From Nitrospirota bacterium (GTDB taxonomy: Bacteria; Nitrospirota; UBA9217), in the NCBI GenBank assembly GCA_963741205.1, contig CAVUHW010000034.1:145710-209709 (forward strand): a stretch of DNA of 64,000 bases, read 5' to 3'. The translations under genes and the position numbers were made by a program. The notes beneath the pieces were generated by a model. That model did not search any database and was not told the DNA's origin. It saw only the letters and a list, made by a program, of their open reading frames with translations. Below, piece by piece: positions 43,701 to 55,996 of this stretch; position 1 is the first letter of the stretch; each line of letters starts with the position of its first letter.

Positions 43701-44526
43701 ATGTCGAAGTCGTGTGTATTGGTACTTCTTTGTGCGATCATGCTGTTTATCTGCCGTCCCCCCGCATATGCGGACACGGCAACGGCCATCTCCGAGGTCT
43801 ACCTTGACAACGGCCTGCCGGTCTGGGAGCAGCCGGTGCAGGCAGGCCTGTACGGGATCCTCGGCGCAGGGTATTTCAGAGGCACCCGGATCACCGGCGA
43901 TCCGCGCCTCAGGACGGTTTTTCTACCAGTCGTTCTGCTGGCCTGGGAGAACAAGGCGTTCTGGAGCATAACAGGGGGCGGCGTGTGGCTGTACCACTCC
44001 AGACACCAGCCGTTCAAGCTCGGGATAGGCTTGAAAGTTCACCCGGGGTACGACCCCGACGGCGATCCGAACCTCATCGGCATGCAACAGCGGTACACCT
44101 CGATCGATGGCTCCGTGAACGCCCTCTGGGAAACATGGCTTGTCAATATCGGCGCATCGTATTACCATGATATCAGCCACGTGACCCGACGGTGAATCCG
44201 GCACGATCAGGCTTTCGCACCATATCCAGATAACGCCGAAACTCACGGTCACGCCCCGTGCCGGCCTTGAATACGAGGACGCCAGGCTCGTGGGCTATTA
44301 CTACGGCGTGCAGCCGTCCGAAGCCCTTCCGGACCGTCCCGCCTACAGCGGTCATCATACGGTGAATTACGGCATTGGCGCTATAGCCGTCTACCGTCTC
44401 AGCCGGTCGTGGTCTCTCGTGGGGGGCTTCTTCGCGAACCACCTGAGCAACGGCATTTCGGACAGCCCCATCGTGTTGCAGCGGCACACGAAGGTGGCGT
44501 TCTTGAGCGCTGGCTGGACGTTCTAG
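43701..44526 (+). CDS. MipA/OmpV family outer-membrane protein (one frameshift)
   Basis: Signal peptide, GYYYGV...EA...RPAY, ISDSPIV, C-terminal aromatic WTF. Confidence 0.82.
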
Positions 44527-44552
44527 GGTCCCAAAAGATTCTTTCCTTTTGA

Positions 44553-44618
44553 TGTCATTCCGGGCTTGACCCGGAATCCATTTTTATCCAATGGATTCCC
44601 GCTTTCGCGGGAATGACA
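44553..44618. repeat. REP/REPIN-like element, family A
   Basis: gtcattccgggcttgacccggaatcca ... tggattcccgctttcgcgggaatgac. Confidence 0.85.
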
Positions 44619-44706
44619 GCCTGGGAGCGAGTGTAAAGAAGTGTCAGGGACATTACACTAACAGTTTCCCGTTGACGAACAGCGAAAAATTAGGCATAGT
44701 AGCCCC

Positions 44707-46349
44707 ATGATCTTCGTGAGCCTCTTCGGCGGCGTCCTGCTCCTCCTCTACGGCATAAAGCTCCTGAACGACGGCCTGCAGAACGCTGCCGGGTCGAAGA
44801 TCCGCTCCCTGCTCCGCTCGCTCACGAGCAACCGGCTTTCAGCGGTGGGCGGCGGGGCATTCATCACCGGCCTCATCCAGTCCTCGAGCGCGACATCGGT
44901 CATGCTCGTCGGGTTCGTCTCCGCCGGACTCATGAGCTTCCGCCAGACGCTCGCCGTGATCCTCGGCGCCGACATCGGCGCCACCGTCACGGTGCAGCTC
45001 ATCGCCTTTCACATTTACGACTACGCCCTCCTCCTGATCGGGATCGGGCTCTGCTTCATGCTCTTCGCCCGGAAGATGCAATTCCGGAACGTGGGACAGG
45101 GGGTGCTCGGTTTCGGCTTCGTGTTCCTCTCCCTCAGGATCATGACCGACGCCATGACGCCGCTCCAGGGAAACGAGCTGTTCCGGGAGGTGTTTGTCGC
45201 GCTCACCGGCACGCCTTTCGCGGGCATCGCGCTTTCGGCCGGCGTCACCGCGCTCATCCACTCAAGCGCGGCGACCATGGGCATTGCGCTCGTCCTCGCC
45301 AAGAGCGGCCTGATCCCGCTTCATACCGCCCTGTACATCATTCTCGGCGCGAACATCGGCACCTGCGCCACCGCCTTCCTCGCGGGTATGCGTTCTCCGA
45401 CCGAGGCGCAGCGGGTGGCCTGGGCGCACCTGCTTTTTAAAGTCTTCGGGGTCATCCTGTTTCTGCCCTTTCTCGGCCCCTTTGAACAGCTCGTCACCGC
45501 AACGACCCCGGACCTTTCGCGCCAGATCGCGAACGCCCATACCCTGTTCAACGTGATAATCGCCCTCCTGTTCCTGCCGTTCACCGGGTTGTTCTCGAAA
45601 CTGATCATGTGGCTGGTGCCGGAGAAGGCGGAAGAGAAGAAGTTCGGACCCATGTACCTGGACGACCACGTTCTCGGCACGCCCGCCTTGGCGCTCGGGC
45701 AGGCCACGCGCGAGGCGCTCCGTGAATCGGACATCGTCCGGGAGATGCTCGCAGAAGTCGTCCATGCCTTTCAAACAGACGACCAGTCCTCCATTGATTC
45801 GAGATTAAGAACAAGGACAACCTGATCGACGTGCTGGACCGCCAGATCCGGCTTTACATAACCCGGCTGTCGTCCTCGCATCTTACCGAATCCCAGTCCC
45901 GCCGCGCGATGACCGTCCTTGAGATCGCCCGAAACCTCGAAAGCATCGGGGACATCATCGACAGGAACATCATGCCCCTGGCGATGAAGCGGATCACCAA
46001 GGGGTTCACCTTTTCCCAGGAGGGGATGGATGAAATCGAAGCGTTCCACAAAAGGGTCCTCGATAATTTCGATACGGCCATTTCCGCTTTTGCGGGAAAC
46101 GACCGCGACCTCGCCGACCGGGTTCTGCGGAACAAGGAAGAGCTCGGCATCATGGAACGCGAACTCATTCAGGCCCACCTGGACCGGCTCCGCAGGGGAT
46201 TCCGGGAATCCATCGAGACGAGCCACATCCATCTGGACGTCATCGGCAACCTGGCGCGCATCAATTCCCTCATCACGCACATCATCTATCCGATCGTGGA
46301 GGAGAAGCGGGCAAGGGGACGAGAGGACGTGGGGATAGAGGAGCGGTGA
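44707..46349 (+). CDS. Na/Pi cotransporter with PhoU domains (one frameshift)
   Basis: LIQSSSATSV, GADIGAT, IHSSAA, GANIGT, IANAHTLFN, LESIGD, SIETSHIHLD. Confidence 0.93.
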
Positions 46350-46351
46350 GG

Positions 46352-46440
46352 CAAGGTACAAGTAGCCAGTAGCGAGTTGCAAGGAATGGAAGCATCACAA
46401 GCGTCTTACCCTTGCCCCATGACCCTTGCTACTTGACTCT
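46352..46440. repeat. Inverted heptamer array (caagtag/ctacttg type)
   Basis: caagtag-ccagtag-cgagttg ... ccttgct-acttgac; same type at 48070-48128. Confidence 0.7.
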
Positions 46441-46458
46441 ATCTTTTTGGAGGTTACT

Positions 46459-46859
46459 ATGATCAAACAGCTCAGGGTGAAGACGAATTCCAGGACGGAG
46501 CTGGTGGACATCACGCAGGGAGTTCAGCGTCTCGTGGCTGAGAGCGGCGTTCGCTCGGGCGTCTGCTACGTCTATGTGCCGCATACGACCGCCGGCGGTC
46601 ACAATCAACGAGAACTCGGACCCGAACGTGGGGCGCGACATCCTGAAGGAATTGAACAAGGTCATCCCCTTCGATGATGCTTACGGCCATACCGAAGGGA
46701 ATTCGGCGGCCCACATCAAGTCGAGCATCATCGGGGTGTCCAGAGACAGTGATCGTGGAAGAAGGCCGGCTCGCGCTCGGCACCTGGCAGGCTATATTTT
46801 TTTGCGAGTTCGACGGTCCCCGCGACCGAAGGGTGATGGTGAAGGTGATGAAGGACTGA
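46459..46859 (+). CDS. YjbQ/UPF0047 family protein (frameshifts)
   Basis: [44 protein letters not shown]. Confidence 0.9.
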
Positions 46860-46928
46860 CAGAAAGATACATGCGTTCGAGTAAGGGGTGTTATCATACG
46901 TTCGAGACTATCGATAAGAGTATCTTTC

Positions 46929-48061
46929 ATGAAGATTCGTATCAAGCGTGTTCGCGATTTATATCGCCGTTCTGATTATCATGCCGTTTCTCTGCAATGC
47001 CGGCTATTCAGGAACGACGGAACAGAACACGTATTTGCGCCATGTTCAAAACGGAATGAGCAGTATGAAGAGCGGCGATTATCAGTCGGCGCGGGACTCC
47101 TTCGAAGAGGCGCTCCGTTATGACGATGCCGGTGTGGAAGCGCACCTCGGACTCGGCATGGTGTATTATCATCAGGGGGACGACCGGTATGCGGAACGGG
47201 AACTGAAGCGGGTCCTGGAGCTTGATCCCAGGATCGTTCCGGCCTATGAAGTACTGGGCGAGATCTCTTACCGCAAAGACGACCTCGAGACAGCGATTTC
47301 GTACTGGGAGAAGACCGTGGAACTGGACCCGTCTCCGCAATATATCGAGATAGGCTTGCCCGCGTCAGAAAGGAACAGAAGACGGAAAAGGATTTCAACC
47401 ATGATGTCACGGTCATTTTCTCACGAAGTACGAAGGCAGGGAGAGGATCGAGACCGGCAGGATCATTCTCAGAATCCTCGAGGACGCATATGGAGAGGTC
47501 GGCCGCGCCCTGTCTTACTATCCCGACCGCGAGATACAGGTCGTACTGTATTCCGGTGAACAATTCAAGGAAGTGACCGACGCGCCGGGGTGGAGCGCAG
47601 GCGTCTACGACGGGAAGATCCGGATTCCCGTCGGCGGCATCGAGCAGGAGACGCCGGGGCTCCGGAAGATCCTCTACCATGAATATACCCATGCTGTCGT
47701 ACGCGCCATCACTCCCCGCTGTCCATCCTGGCTGAACGAAGGGCTGGCCCAGTATTTTGAGGGGAGGGACATCGATTCCCGGCAGCGGGCTGCTCTCAAG
47801 CGGATCACCCAGGAGGGAAAGCTGCCGCCCCTCTCGAAAATGGAAGGATCGTTCACCGGCTTGGGCGCCGACCAGGCTGCATTCACCTACCTGGTCAGCC
47901 TCTCGGCGGTGCGGTATATGATAGATTCATTCGGGCTGTATCGCGTAAAGTACGTACTTGAGGAACTGGCTGCGGGAGCGGACGTGAACAAAGCGCTCAC
48001 CACCGGCCTTGCGCTGTCCTCCGATGAGTTCGAACGCGGTTGGAAAAGGGCGCTGGAATAG
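46929..48061 (+). CDS. TPR-containing zinc metallopeptidase (MA clan-like; frameshifts)
   Basis: TPR repeats, WSAGVYDGKIRIP, HEYTH, WLNEGLAQY. Confidence 0.85.
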
Positions 48062-48203
48062 ATGGTACGCAAGTAGCAAAGTAGCATGTAGTCAAGGTTT
48101 TGATTCCCTTGCCCTTGCTGACTTGACACCTGCCCCCCCTTCAGTATCAACCCGTGACAGCTTTTGGTTGCAGTCATGGGCCGCGCCATGTTATTATCCC
48201 GCC

Positions 48204-49249
48204 ATGAACGTACCCGCCGCTGAGCAGCTCAGGCTTTCCGATTTCGATTACGACCTTCCCGAAGAACGCATCGCGCAGGAGCCTGCTCCGGAGCGCGACC
48301 GATCACGCCTCATGGTCATGGACCGCGCGTCGGGCGCCGTCCAGCACCGGATCTTTTCGGACATCGACGCCTATCTGAGGCCCGGAGACCTGCTGGTCAT
48401 GAACAATACGAAGGTATTTCCGTGCAGACTTGCGGCGACAAAACAGGGCGGCGGCAAGGCCGAGATATTTCTCCTCGCCGAGCGGGAGCTCAATTGCTGG
48501 CATGCGCTGGTGAAAGGCGGCCCGGGTGCGGGGAAAAGGCTTTCTCTTGCAGCGGGAGGGGAGGCTGAGGTTGTTCAAGAGCATGCCGACGGGTCCAGGA
48601 TGGTCCGTTTTTACGGCGTTCAGTGATATTCGAGAACTTCTGAACGAGATCGGCAGCGTCCCGCTCCCTCCCTATATCAAGCGGCCTCCTTCAGCGCTCG
48701 GACCGGGAACGCTATCAGACCGTATATGCATCGCAGGAAGGCGCTGTAGCGGCGCCGACCGCGGGCCTCCACTTCACGAAGGCGCTGCTGGCGAGACTGG
48801 CGGCGAAGCGGGTTAGGCATGCCGCTGTAACGCTTCACGTGGGGCCGGGCACGTTCCAGCCCGTCCGCTCCGAGACCATCTCAGAACACAAAATGCTGCC
48901 GGAACGGTTTGCGATCTCCGAGGCAGCAGCAGGAGACATCAACCGCGCGAGATCGGAAGGCAGAAGGGTGATAGCCGTCGGAACGACGAGCATGCGAACG
49001 ATTGAAACCGCGGCGCAAACGAGCGGGGTTGTCGCCCCTGGCGAAGGGACATCCGAGCTGTTCATCTATCCGGGCTACCGGTTTCGGGTGACCGACGGAA
49101 TCATCACCAATTTCCATTTACCGAAGTCGACGCTTCTCATGCTGGTGTCCGCTTTTGCGGGCAGGGAGCGGGTGCTTGAGGCCTACCGGACTGCAGTAGC
49201 GGAGCAATACCGGTTCTACAGCTACGGGGACGCGATGCTGATTGTGTAG
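48204..49249 (+). CDS. queA: S-adenosylmethionine:tRNA ribosyltransferase-isomerase (frameshifts)
   Basis: [64 protein letters not shown]. Confidence 0.96.
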
Positions 49250-49324
49250 CATGATTGGAAATTGGAAACAGCGGATTAGAAATAAAGACACTAAACGTTT
49301 AAAATGCCACCACGCCGCTGCAGA

Positions 49325-49400
49325 CTCGCGAAAGCGGATATCCATTGCTTTATCTAGCGTCTCGAATTCAGAATGGATTCCCGCTTTCGCGGGAATGACA
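49325..49400. repeat. REP/REPIN-like element, family A
   Basis: ctcgcgaaagcggatatcca ... tggattcccgctttcgcgggaatgaca. Confidence 0.75.
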
Positions 49401-49448
49401 AATAAGTAGGCCGTAGTATTAGAAAATGGCGGAAGAACGGAGCATGTT

Positions 49449-50148
49449 TTGAACAACGAACGCGGCGGCATCATATCCAAGCTGTTCATCATCCCGGCAG
49501 TTGTTGCCCTCGTGGCCGGGGTATTCATTATCGGATACTACCTGGGACGACATCAGGGCAAGTCAGAAGTCTCCGGTGAAGGCCTAACGCCGCTCCCCGA
49601 GATCGTAGCCAAGAACCCACCCAAGCCGGAGGAATACACTTTTTACAAGACGCTGACCGAGAAGGAAGACAAGACGGTTTCGATCGATCTCCGTCCCAAG
49701 TCCGCGACCACGCAAGGGACGGCAGAGAAGAAGCAGGCGGACAATCCGCAGAAGGAAACAGTTCTCCAGACGCCGAAAGTGAAGGAGACATCGATCAGGA
49801 GCGAGAAGAAAACCACTGCCCCGGAGCCGGCCAAGGCGAACGCCGTCAGAAAAGCTCCCGCGCAGGAGAAGAAAGAGGTCCCGGCCAAACAGGCGGCGTC
49901 CTCAAAACTGCGCTACACGGTTCAGCTATCGTCGCATCAGGAAAAACAGACGGCAGACCTTGAAATGAAAAAAATGAAGCATCAGGGGTTCGCGGCATTC
50001 ATCGTTGCATACGGAAGTCTCGGGCAAGGGCACATGGTACCGCGTGCGGCTCGGCAGTTTCACGAACAAGGCGGCGGCGGAGAAACTTCAGAAAGAGGTC
50101 CGCGCGAAAGCGGGGGTCTCACCGATTGTGGTGATGGAGCAAATGTAA
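49449..50148 (+). CDS. SPOR-domain membrane protein (FtsN/DedD-like; frameshift)
   Basis: N-terminal TM helix, YTFYKTL, Lys/Ala-rich linker, YTVQLSS, shifted WYRVRLGSF. Confidence 0.85.
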
Positions 50149-50149
50149 G

Positions 50150-50255
50150 GCAAGTAAGAAGTAAGAAGTGAAGGAGAGAAGAAGAAAAGAAGACAGGCTG
50201 GAAGTCCGGCTTTCATACTCCATCCCGCCACTTTACTTCTTAATTCTTACTTCGT
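50150..50255. repeat. Inverted heptamer array (aagtaag/cttactt type) between convergent genes
   Basis: aagtaag-aagtaag-aagtgaa ... tttactt-cttaatt-cttactt. Confidence 0.7.
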
Positions 50256-50260
50256 TATTT

Positions 50261-50670
50261 TTAATGCACCGTCTGTTCGGTCACCATCTGGACCACGAGG
50301 GGTGTCATTCCGGCACGCTCACCGTCTATGAGCATTTCTATCCAGTACGTGCCGGGGACTTTGAATGTTGTATTGTACCGGACCGAGATATCACGGTGCC
50401 GCTGCGTTTCATTAAAGAGGGAAAGCTTCGATTCGGATTCCGAGAGCACCTGTTCCTGGTCGGACGCGAGGAGCCTGATCCTGACCGAGAATTCGCCCCT
50501 GCCCCCCGTCCATTCGTTCACAACCGCAAAACGATGATGCAGGCAGGGAACGTGGTCGCATAGATGCTCTCGAACAGCCCCATGAGGCTGAATTTGCCGC
50601 CCATTTCCTGACGAACATCATCGCAAATGAGAGTGTAGCTTAACCTCGGTTTGATCTTCGTACCGGCCAT
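50261..50670 (-). CDS. DUF6941-like hypothetical protein (frameshift)
   Basis: MAGTKIKPRLSYTLICDDVRQEMGGKFSLMGLFE...FKVPGTYWIEMLIDGE. Confidence 0.7.
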
Positions 50671-50757
50671 GGACGCACCTTATCACACCTTTCCGCTGCC
50701 AGTCAATCTGTTTTTTCTTGACAAAAATTTCAATCAACGTAATCTTATCCGCATCTT

Positions 50758-52324
50758 ATGGCCGCAAATGACCTCATAAAACTGCTTGAAAGCCTTCATC
50801 CGCTCGAAAGCAAGGTGCTCCTCTGTTTCAATCAGGGCGATGCCTTGTCCGCATCCGATATCCTGAAATTCTCCGGTCTCGACGAGTCGCGCCTGGACAT
50901 GGCCTCGGGCTGGCTTCAGACGAAGGGCCTGCTCGAGGTCAAAGACGAGTCGGTCACATCCCTGGTCAGCCTCACGGAAACCGGCAGGGAATACCTCGAA
51001 AAAGGCACTCCGGAGATGCGGATCATCAATGCGCTCCGGGAGGGAAAGCAGTTTACGGTGAAGGACGTGATCCAGTCCTGGGGCATGGACCCGACTGAAG
51101 TGAGTTCCGCGACGGTGCGCTCAAGGCGAGCGGAGTAATCAGAATCGTTCAGGGAGGCATGCTTGAGCTCAATCCTGAGGCTGATTCCGGTACATATGAA
51201 TTATGTCGGAAGGTCATCAAGATGTTGCTGCAAGGGCCGTCGCTCGACCTATCGGGACTTCCTGCAGAAGAACAGGACGTTATTCAAGCCAATTTTCACA
51301 AACGTGGAAAGTCGAAAGGCATTTTCCGGATCACGGAAAAAAAGAACCGATCCTATAGGCTTACAGCCGACGGGCAAGGAACTTCTCCGCTTGATCAATG
51401 AGCGCGGCGCGGTTGCTGAAGAGGCGTCAGCGCTCACGACTGAGATGCTGAAGACAGGGACGTGGAAGAACAAGAAGTTCCGCGCCTATAATATCGCCCT
51501 TAACCCTCCGCGCCAGGGCATCGGCAGGAAACATCCTTATAAGGAATTTCTCGACTTCGTGAAGTACAAGTTCATCGGCATGGGGTTCGAGGAGATGCGC
51601 GGGCCCCTTGTCGAGAATGAGTTCTGGGACATGGACGCCCTGTTCATGCCGCAGTTCCACCCGGCCAGGAACATCCATGACGTGTACTTCGTGAAGGAGC
51701 CCACGGGCTGCAAAGAGATCGAGCAGCCTTTTGCCAGGCAGGTTGCGGCGGCGCACAAGGACGGCGGGAAAACGGGTTCCACGGGCTGGCGGTATCAATT
51801 CGACCTCGAGCGCGCAAAACGGCTGATCCTCCGGAGCCAGGGCACGGCCGTGTCGGCGCGGACCCTGGCATCGGGCCCCAAGATACCGGGAAAATATTTT
51901 TCGATCGCCCGCTGCTTCCGCTATGACGCGGTGGACGCCACGCATGCCCCCGATTTTTACCAGGTCGAGGGCATCGTGCTCGGTGACGGATATCAACTTC
52001 AAGACGCTGCTCGGGCTTTTAAAGCTCTTCGGCCAGGAGATCGCCAAGGCAGGGGAGTTCCAGTTCAGGCCCGCATACTTCCCGTTCACCGAACCGTCGG
52101 TGGAACTTCATGTAAAACATCCCGAGCTCGGGTGGATGGAACTCGGCGGGGCGGGGATCTTCAGACCCGAGGTGACGAAGCCGCTCGGCGTGGACGTGCC
52201 GGTCATTGCCTGGGGCCTGGGACTCGACCGCATGGCCATGGTGGCCCTGGGGATCCAGGATATTCGCGATTTGTTTTCGAGGGATTTGGATTTTATCAGG
52301 ACGAAAAAAATACAACTGGGATAA
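50758..52324 (+). CDS. pheS: Phenylalanine--tRNA ligase alpha subunit, archaeal/eukaryotic type (frameshifts)
   Basis: About 520 codons; N-terminal [15 protein letters not shown] and [18 protein letters not shown]; [51 protein letters not shown]. Confidence 0.93.
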
Positions 52325-52361
52325 TCCATAGCGGCCTCTGGCCGCAACCTGTAAAATAAGC

Positions 52362-52458
52362 CGTCATTCCGGCAAGGTTCCAGCCGGAATCCAGGGCCTT
52401 TGCTTTTTGCATGCGATTGGTAAAACTGGATTCCCGATAGAATCATTCGGGAATGACG
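52362..52458. repeat. REP/REPIN-like element, family A, between pheS and pheT
   Basis: cgtcattccggc...gccggaatccag ... ctggattcccga...tcgggaatgacg. Confidence 0.85.
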
Positions 52459-52512
52459 AAATAAATGCCGCTGTACTTATCCGGCTTTAGACTCTGACTC
52501 TGTACTTTACTT

Positions 52513-54235
52513 ATGCCTACCATCGACATAAAAAAACGCGACCTCGACGGCCTTATCGGCAAGAAGCTCTCCCTTGACGTCCTTGAGAAGAAGCTGATGC
52601 TCGCGAAGGCGGAGCTCAAGGAGTACAACGCCGAGACCGACGATCTCAAGGTGGAACTGTCGGACAGCAACCGGCCGGACCTCTGGTCGGCCGAGGGCGT
52701 CGCGCGCCAGATACGGACGGCCCTGTCCGGCAGTCCGGAACCGTATACGTTCTTCCAGCACGGGAGAAAGGCCACGCGGGAGATCACGGTGGCAGAGGGA
52801 GATGAAGTCCGTGCGGCCCTACATCGCCGCCTGCACCGCGACCGGCATTCGCATGAACGACGACGTCCTGGCGCAGATGATCCAGAGCCAGGACAAGCTC
52901 GCGGAGATCTTCGGCAGAAAGAGGACCACGGTATCGATCGGCATCTACGAGCTCGACCGCATCGTTTTCCCGGTTGCGTACCGGCTGGCGGAGCCATCGT
53001 CGGTGTCTTTCATGCCTCTCGGGATGGAAGAAAAGCTTACGCTCAGCTGAGATCCTCGAACGCCATCCCAAGGGCATCGCCTACGGCGGCATCGTAAAGC
53101 CCTTTCCCCGGTATCCGGTCCTGACCGACAGCCTGGGTCGCGTGCTCTCATTCCCGCCGATCATCAACAGCAGGGAAATCGGCGAAGTAAAACCGCAGAC
53201 GAGGAATGTGCTGGTCGAGGTGACGGGGACGGACCTGCGAATGACGGCGCTTACCTTGAACATCCTCGCAACGAGCTTTTATGACCGCGGCGCCGAGATA
53301 GAACCCGTGCTCGTGTCCTATCCCTATGCTACGGAATTCGGGAAGACGTGTTGCGTTCCCCGTGGATACGACGGGGAAATTCAGGATACCGCTCGCGAAA
53401 TTCTCCGCCGGACTGGGAGAGGACGTGGCGCTTGCGGAGGTGAAGAAATATCTCGCGTCCTACGGCCATGCGGTCGCGGCAACGCGCGGGATGATCACCG
53501 TCAGCGTCCCGCCCTACCGGGACGATATCATGCATCCCATGGACCTCGTCGAGGATTTTGCGATCAGCAGGGGGTACGAATCGTTCGAGCCGGTCATGCC
53601 GCGGCAGTCTACGGTGGGTTCCCTTTCACGCCTGGAACTTCTCTCGGACAACGTCCGCGGCGCCATGGTCGGCGCCGGCTTCCAGGAGATCATGTCCAAC
53701 ATCCTCTGCTCACGGGAGGAACTCGCCTACGCCATGCCGGAAGGGGAGAGACTGGTCGAGGTCGACAACGTCATGTCGCTCGCCTATTCCGTGCTCCGGA
53801 ACCGGGTCATCCCGTCGCTTTTGACCGTGGAGACGGCGAGCTCGAAGGCCTTCTATCCCCATCGCATTTTTGAAGTGGGAGAAGTCGCCCTGTTTGATGA
53901 GGGCGAAAACATGGGGTCGCGCACGGAACTGAACCTCGGCGCGCTCATTGCGCATCCCGGCGCGAACTTTTCGGAAATGCATTCAACGCTCGACATCCTG
54001 CTCTACTATCTCGGCGTGGACTATCAACTGGTTCCCGCCGCGCACCCGCTCTTTATGCAGGGCCGCTGCGGGGCGATCATCGCGTCCGGCACGGAGCTTG
54101 GGCCATATCGGCGAGGTCCGTCCCGAGGCGCTCGAACGAACGCAGATCACCATGCCCTGCGCGGCCTTCGAAATATCGCTGAACGCCGTTATGCGTCTCC
54201 TGGGACACGCGGAGCAACAGGAAATTCCAAAATAA
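52513..54235 (+). CDS. pheT: Phenylalanine--tRNA ligase beta subunit, archaeal/eukaryotic type (frameshifts)
   Basis: About 570 codons; MPTIDI, SNRPDLWSAEGVAR, VRPYIA, QDKL....GRKR...SIGIY, VLSFPPIINS, VPPYRDDIMHPMDLVED, GEVRPE. No B2 OB-fold or B8 domain. Confidence 0.92.
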
Positions 54236-54260
54236 TATTAACTTCAAATCTGCTACAAAT

Positions 54261-54348
54261 TAGTTTGTCATCCCCGAATGCCTCTATCGGGGGTCCATTG
54301 TTCAATGATAAAAATGGATTCCCGCTCAGAAGCGTTGCGGGAATGACA
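54261..54348. repeat. REP/REPIN-like element, family A; near-identical inverted copy of 55997-56084
   Basis: tagtttgtcatccccgaatg...atcggggg.cca ... atggattcccgctcagaagcgttgcgggaatgaca. Confidence 0.88.
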
Positions 54349-54447
54349 TATTTTTATTATATTGTTATTATTTCTTTGGCGCTTGTTATTGATGCTTTTC
54401 TAACGAGGCCCCTGCTACTTCGACGTCCCTTGCGCTGTCTTGTCGAT

Positions 54448-55335
54448 CTACTTCGAAATCAAATCCAACTCGATGCGGCGGTTCTTCATCCTTCCTTTTT
54501 CGGTGTCCTTTGACGCAACAGGCCTGTATTCGGAATAACCGCAGTCGCTCAAAAGGCCGGTATTGATCCCCTTGTCCTGCAGATACCGCGCCACGGTCGT
54601 GGCGCGGGCAGCAGAGAGTTCCCAGTTTGTCGGAGACTTTTCCCTGATACGGTACCCGATGGGCACGTTGTCAGTGTGAACCGCAGCCCGGACCTGCTTG
54701 TCCGTGACCTTTACGATGATTTCCGCGACACGGTCGAGGACTTTTTTACCTTTTTTGTTAATTTCCGCGCTCCCGGAATCGAAGAGGATTCTCTCGAGAA
54801 AGGTGACGGACAATTTGTCCATGCGCTGGGTGATGGTGATTTCTTCCCATCTGATCTCCGGCTTCATTTCACCCATGAGGCTGTCATAGGTCTTCTTCAT
54901 CTCCACGATAGACCTTTCCTTTAACGCGGACTCTTTGTCCTGGCCGACGGCGGCTATCTGCTTCTTGAGCGATACAATCTCGGTATTTTTCGCGTTAACT
55001 TCCTTTTCTTTATCAGACAACCTTACCCGGAGTTCACTGATGTTCATGCTCAGTTCATCCTTCTTCGCTTTCAGCAGCTTGTCCAGGTCCGTGTTGTCAT
55101 CCTGGAGCGCCTTGTTCTGCTTTTTCAGCTCTTCGAGCTCTGTTTGAAGTCCGGCCGCCTCCGCCTGGGATGCGGCTTTTTCGGACTCCGTCTGTTTCAG
55201 CTTCTCTTCCAGCGATGAGACGTTACCTTTGAGCCCATCGATGTCAGCAAGCCGGGCGTTGTACTCCTTGGTCGTCACGCATCCGAACAGAGTACCAGTG
55301 ATAATGACTGAAATTATTCCCCTGAATATAGCCAT
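54448..55335 (-). CDS. OmpA/MotB-domain coiled-coil lipoprotein
   Basis: Lipobox LFGC, long coiled coil, ILFDSGSAEI, HTDNVPI, NWELSAARA, NRRIEL. Confidence 0.9.
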   Translation of the reverse strand: MAIFRGIISVIITGTLFGCVTTKEYNARLADIDGLKGNVSSLEEKLKQTESEKAASQAEAAGLQTELEELKKQNKALQDDNTDLDKLLKAKKDELSMNISELRVRLSDKEKEVNAKNTEIVSLKKQIAAVGQDKESALKERSIVEMKKTYDSLMGEMKPEIRWEEITITQRMDKLSVTFLERILFDSGSAEINKKGKKVLDRVAEIIVKVTDKQVRAAVHTDNVPIGYRIREKSPTNWELSAARATTVARYLQDKGINTGLLSDCGYSEYRPVASKDTEKGRMKNRRIELDLISK

Positions 55336-55595
55336 GAAAAGACTTCTCCTTTGAGGTTGAAGTTCCGAAATTAACTCGCCTGCTCCCGGATAATGCGGAG
55401 AAAGCTGTTGATGCGGGCTTCGTATCGCGCCTGAGAGCTGTCCGCCTCCGGCGATGCTGCTATTATAACAATTATTGCCACGCCTGTCAGGAGTGATGCA
55501 GATCACTTTATCCGTTGTGACAAAAAATAAGTATCATGATATAATAATCCACATTGATTTGATGATGGAATAAGGCATGAAAGGAGGTGAACACA

Positions 55596-55979
55596 ATGCG
55601 GACAAAATCTTTCTTCAAACTGCTTTCGCTCTATCTGGCAATCGCGATGGTCCTTCTTACCCTTCCTGCGCAGGGCTGGGCCATGTTCCTTCCTGCCGGC
55701 CAGGACGCTTCGCTGAGACAGGCGGACATGTTGACCATCCAAAAAACGCTCGAAACATCAGTGGTCAAGCAGCGGCTCAGGGATTTGGGGCTGTCCCCGG
55801 ACGAGGCCCTGGCCCGGATCGGCAGTCTATCGGATACTCAGGTTCACCAGTTCGCCGGGAACCTGGACTCGCTTCAGGCCGGGGCTGACGGAGTTGACCT
55901 CTTGATCTTTCTCGTCATAGTGGCGATCCTCGTCGTCGTGATTCTCCAATTGACAGGGCACAAAGTCATTGTTAGGTAA
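55596..55979 (+). CDS. PA2779 family protein (copy 1)
   Basis: Signal peptide (GWA), LE..VVKQRLRDLGLSPDEALARIGSLSDTQVHQ, QAGA, then a hydrophobic C-terminal helix and basic end. Confidence 0.85.
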   Translation: MRTKSFFKLLSLYLAIAMVLLTLPAQGWAMFLPAGQDASLRQADMLTIQKTLETSVVKQRLRDLGLSPDEALARIGSLSDTQVHQFAGNLDSLQAGADGVDLLIFLVIVAILVVVILQLTGHKVIVR

Positions 55980-55996
55980 AAGTATAAACAGCTTTT

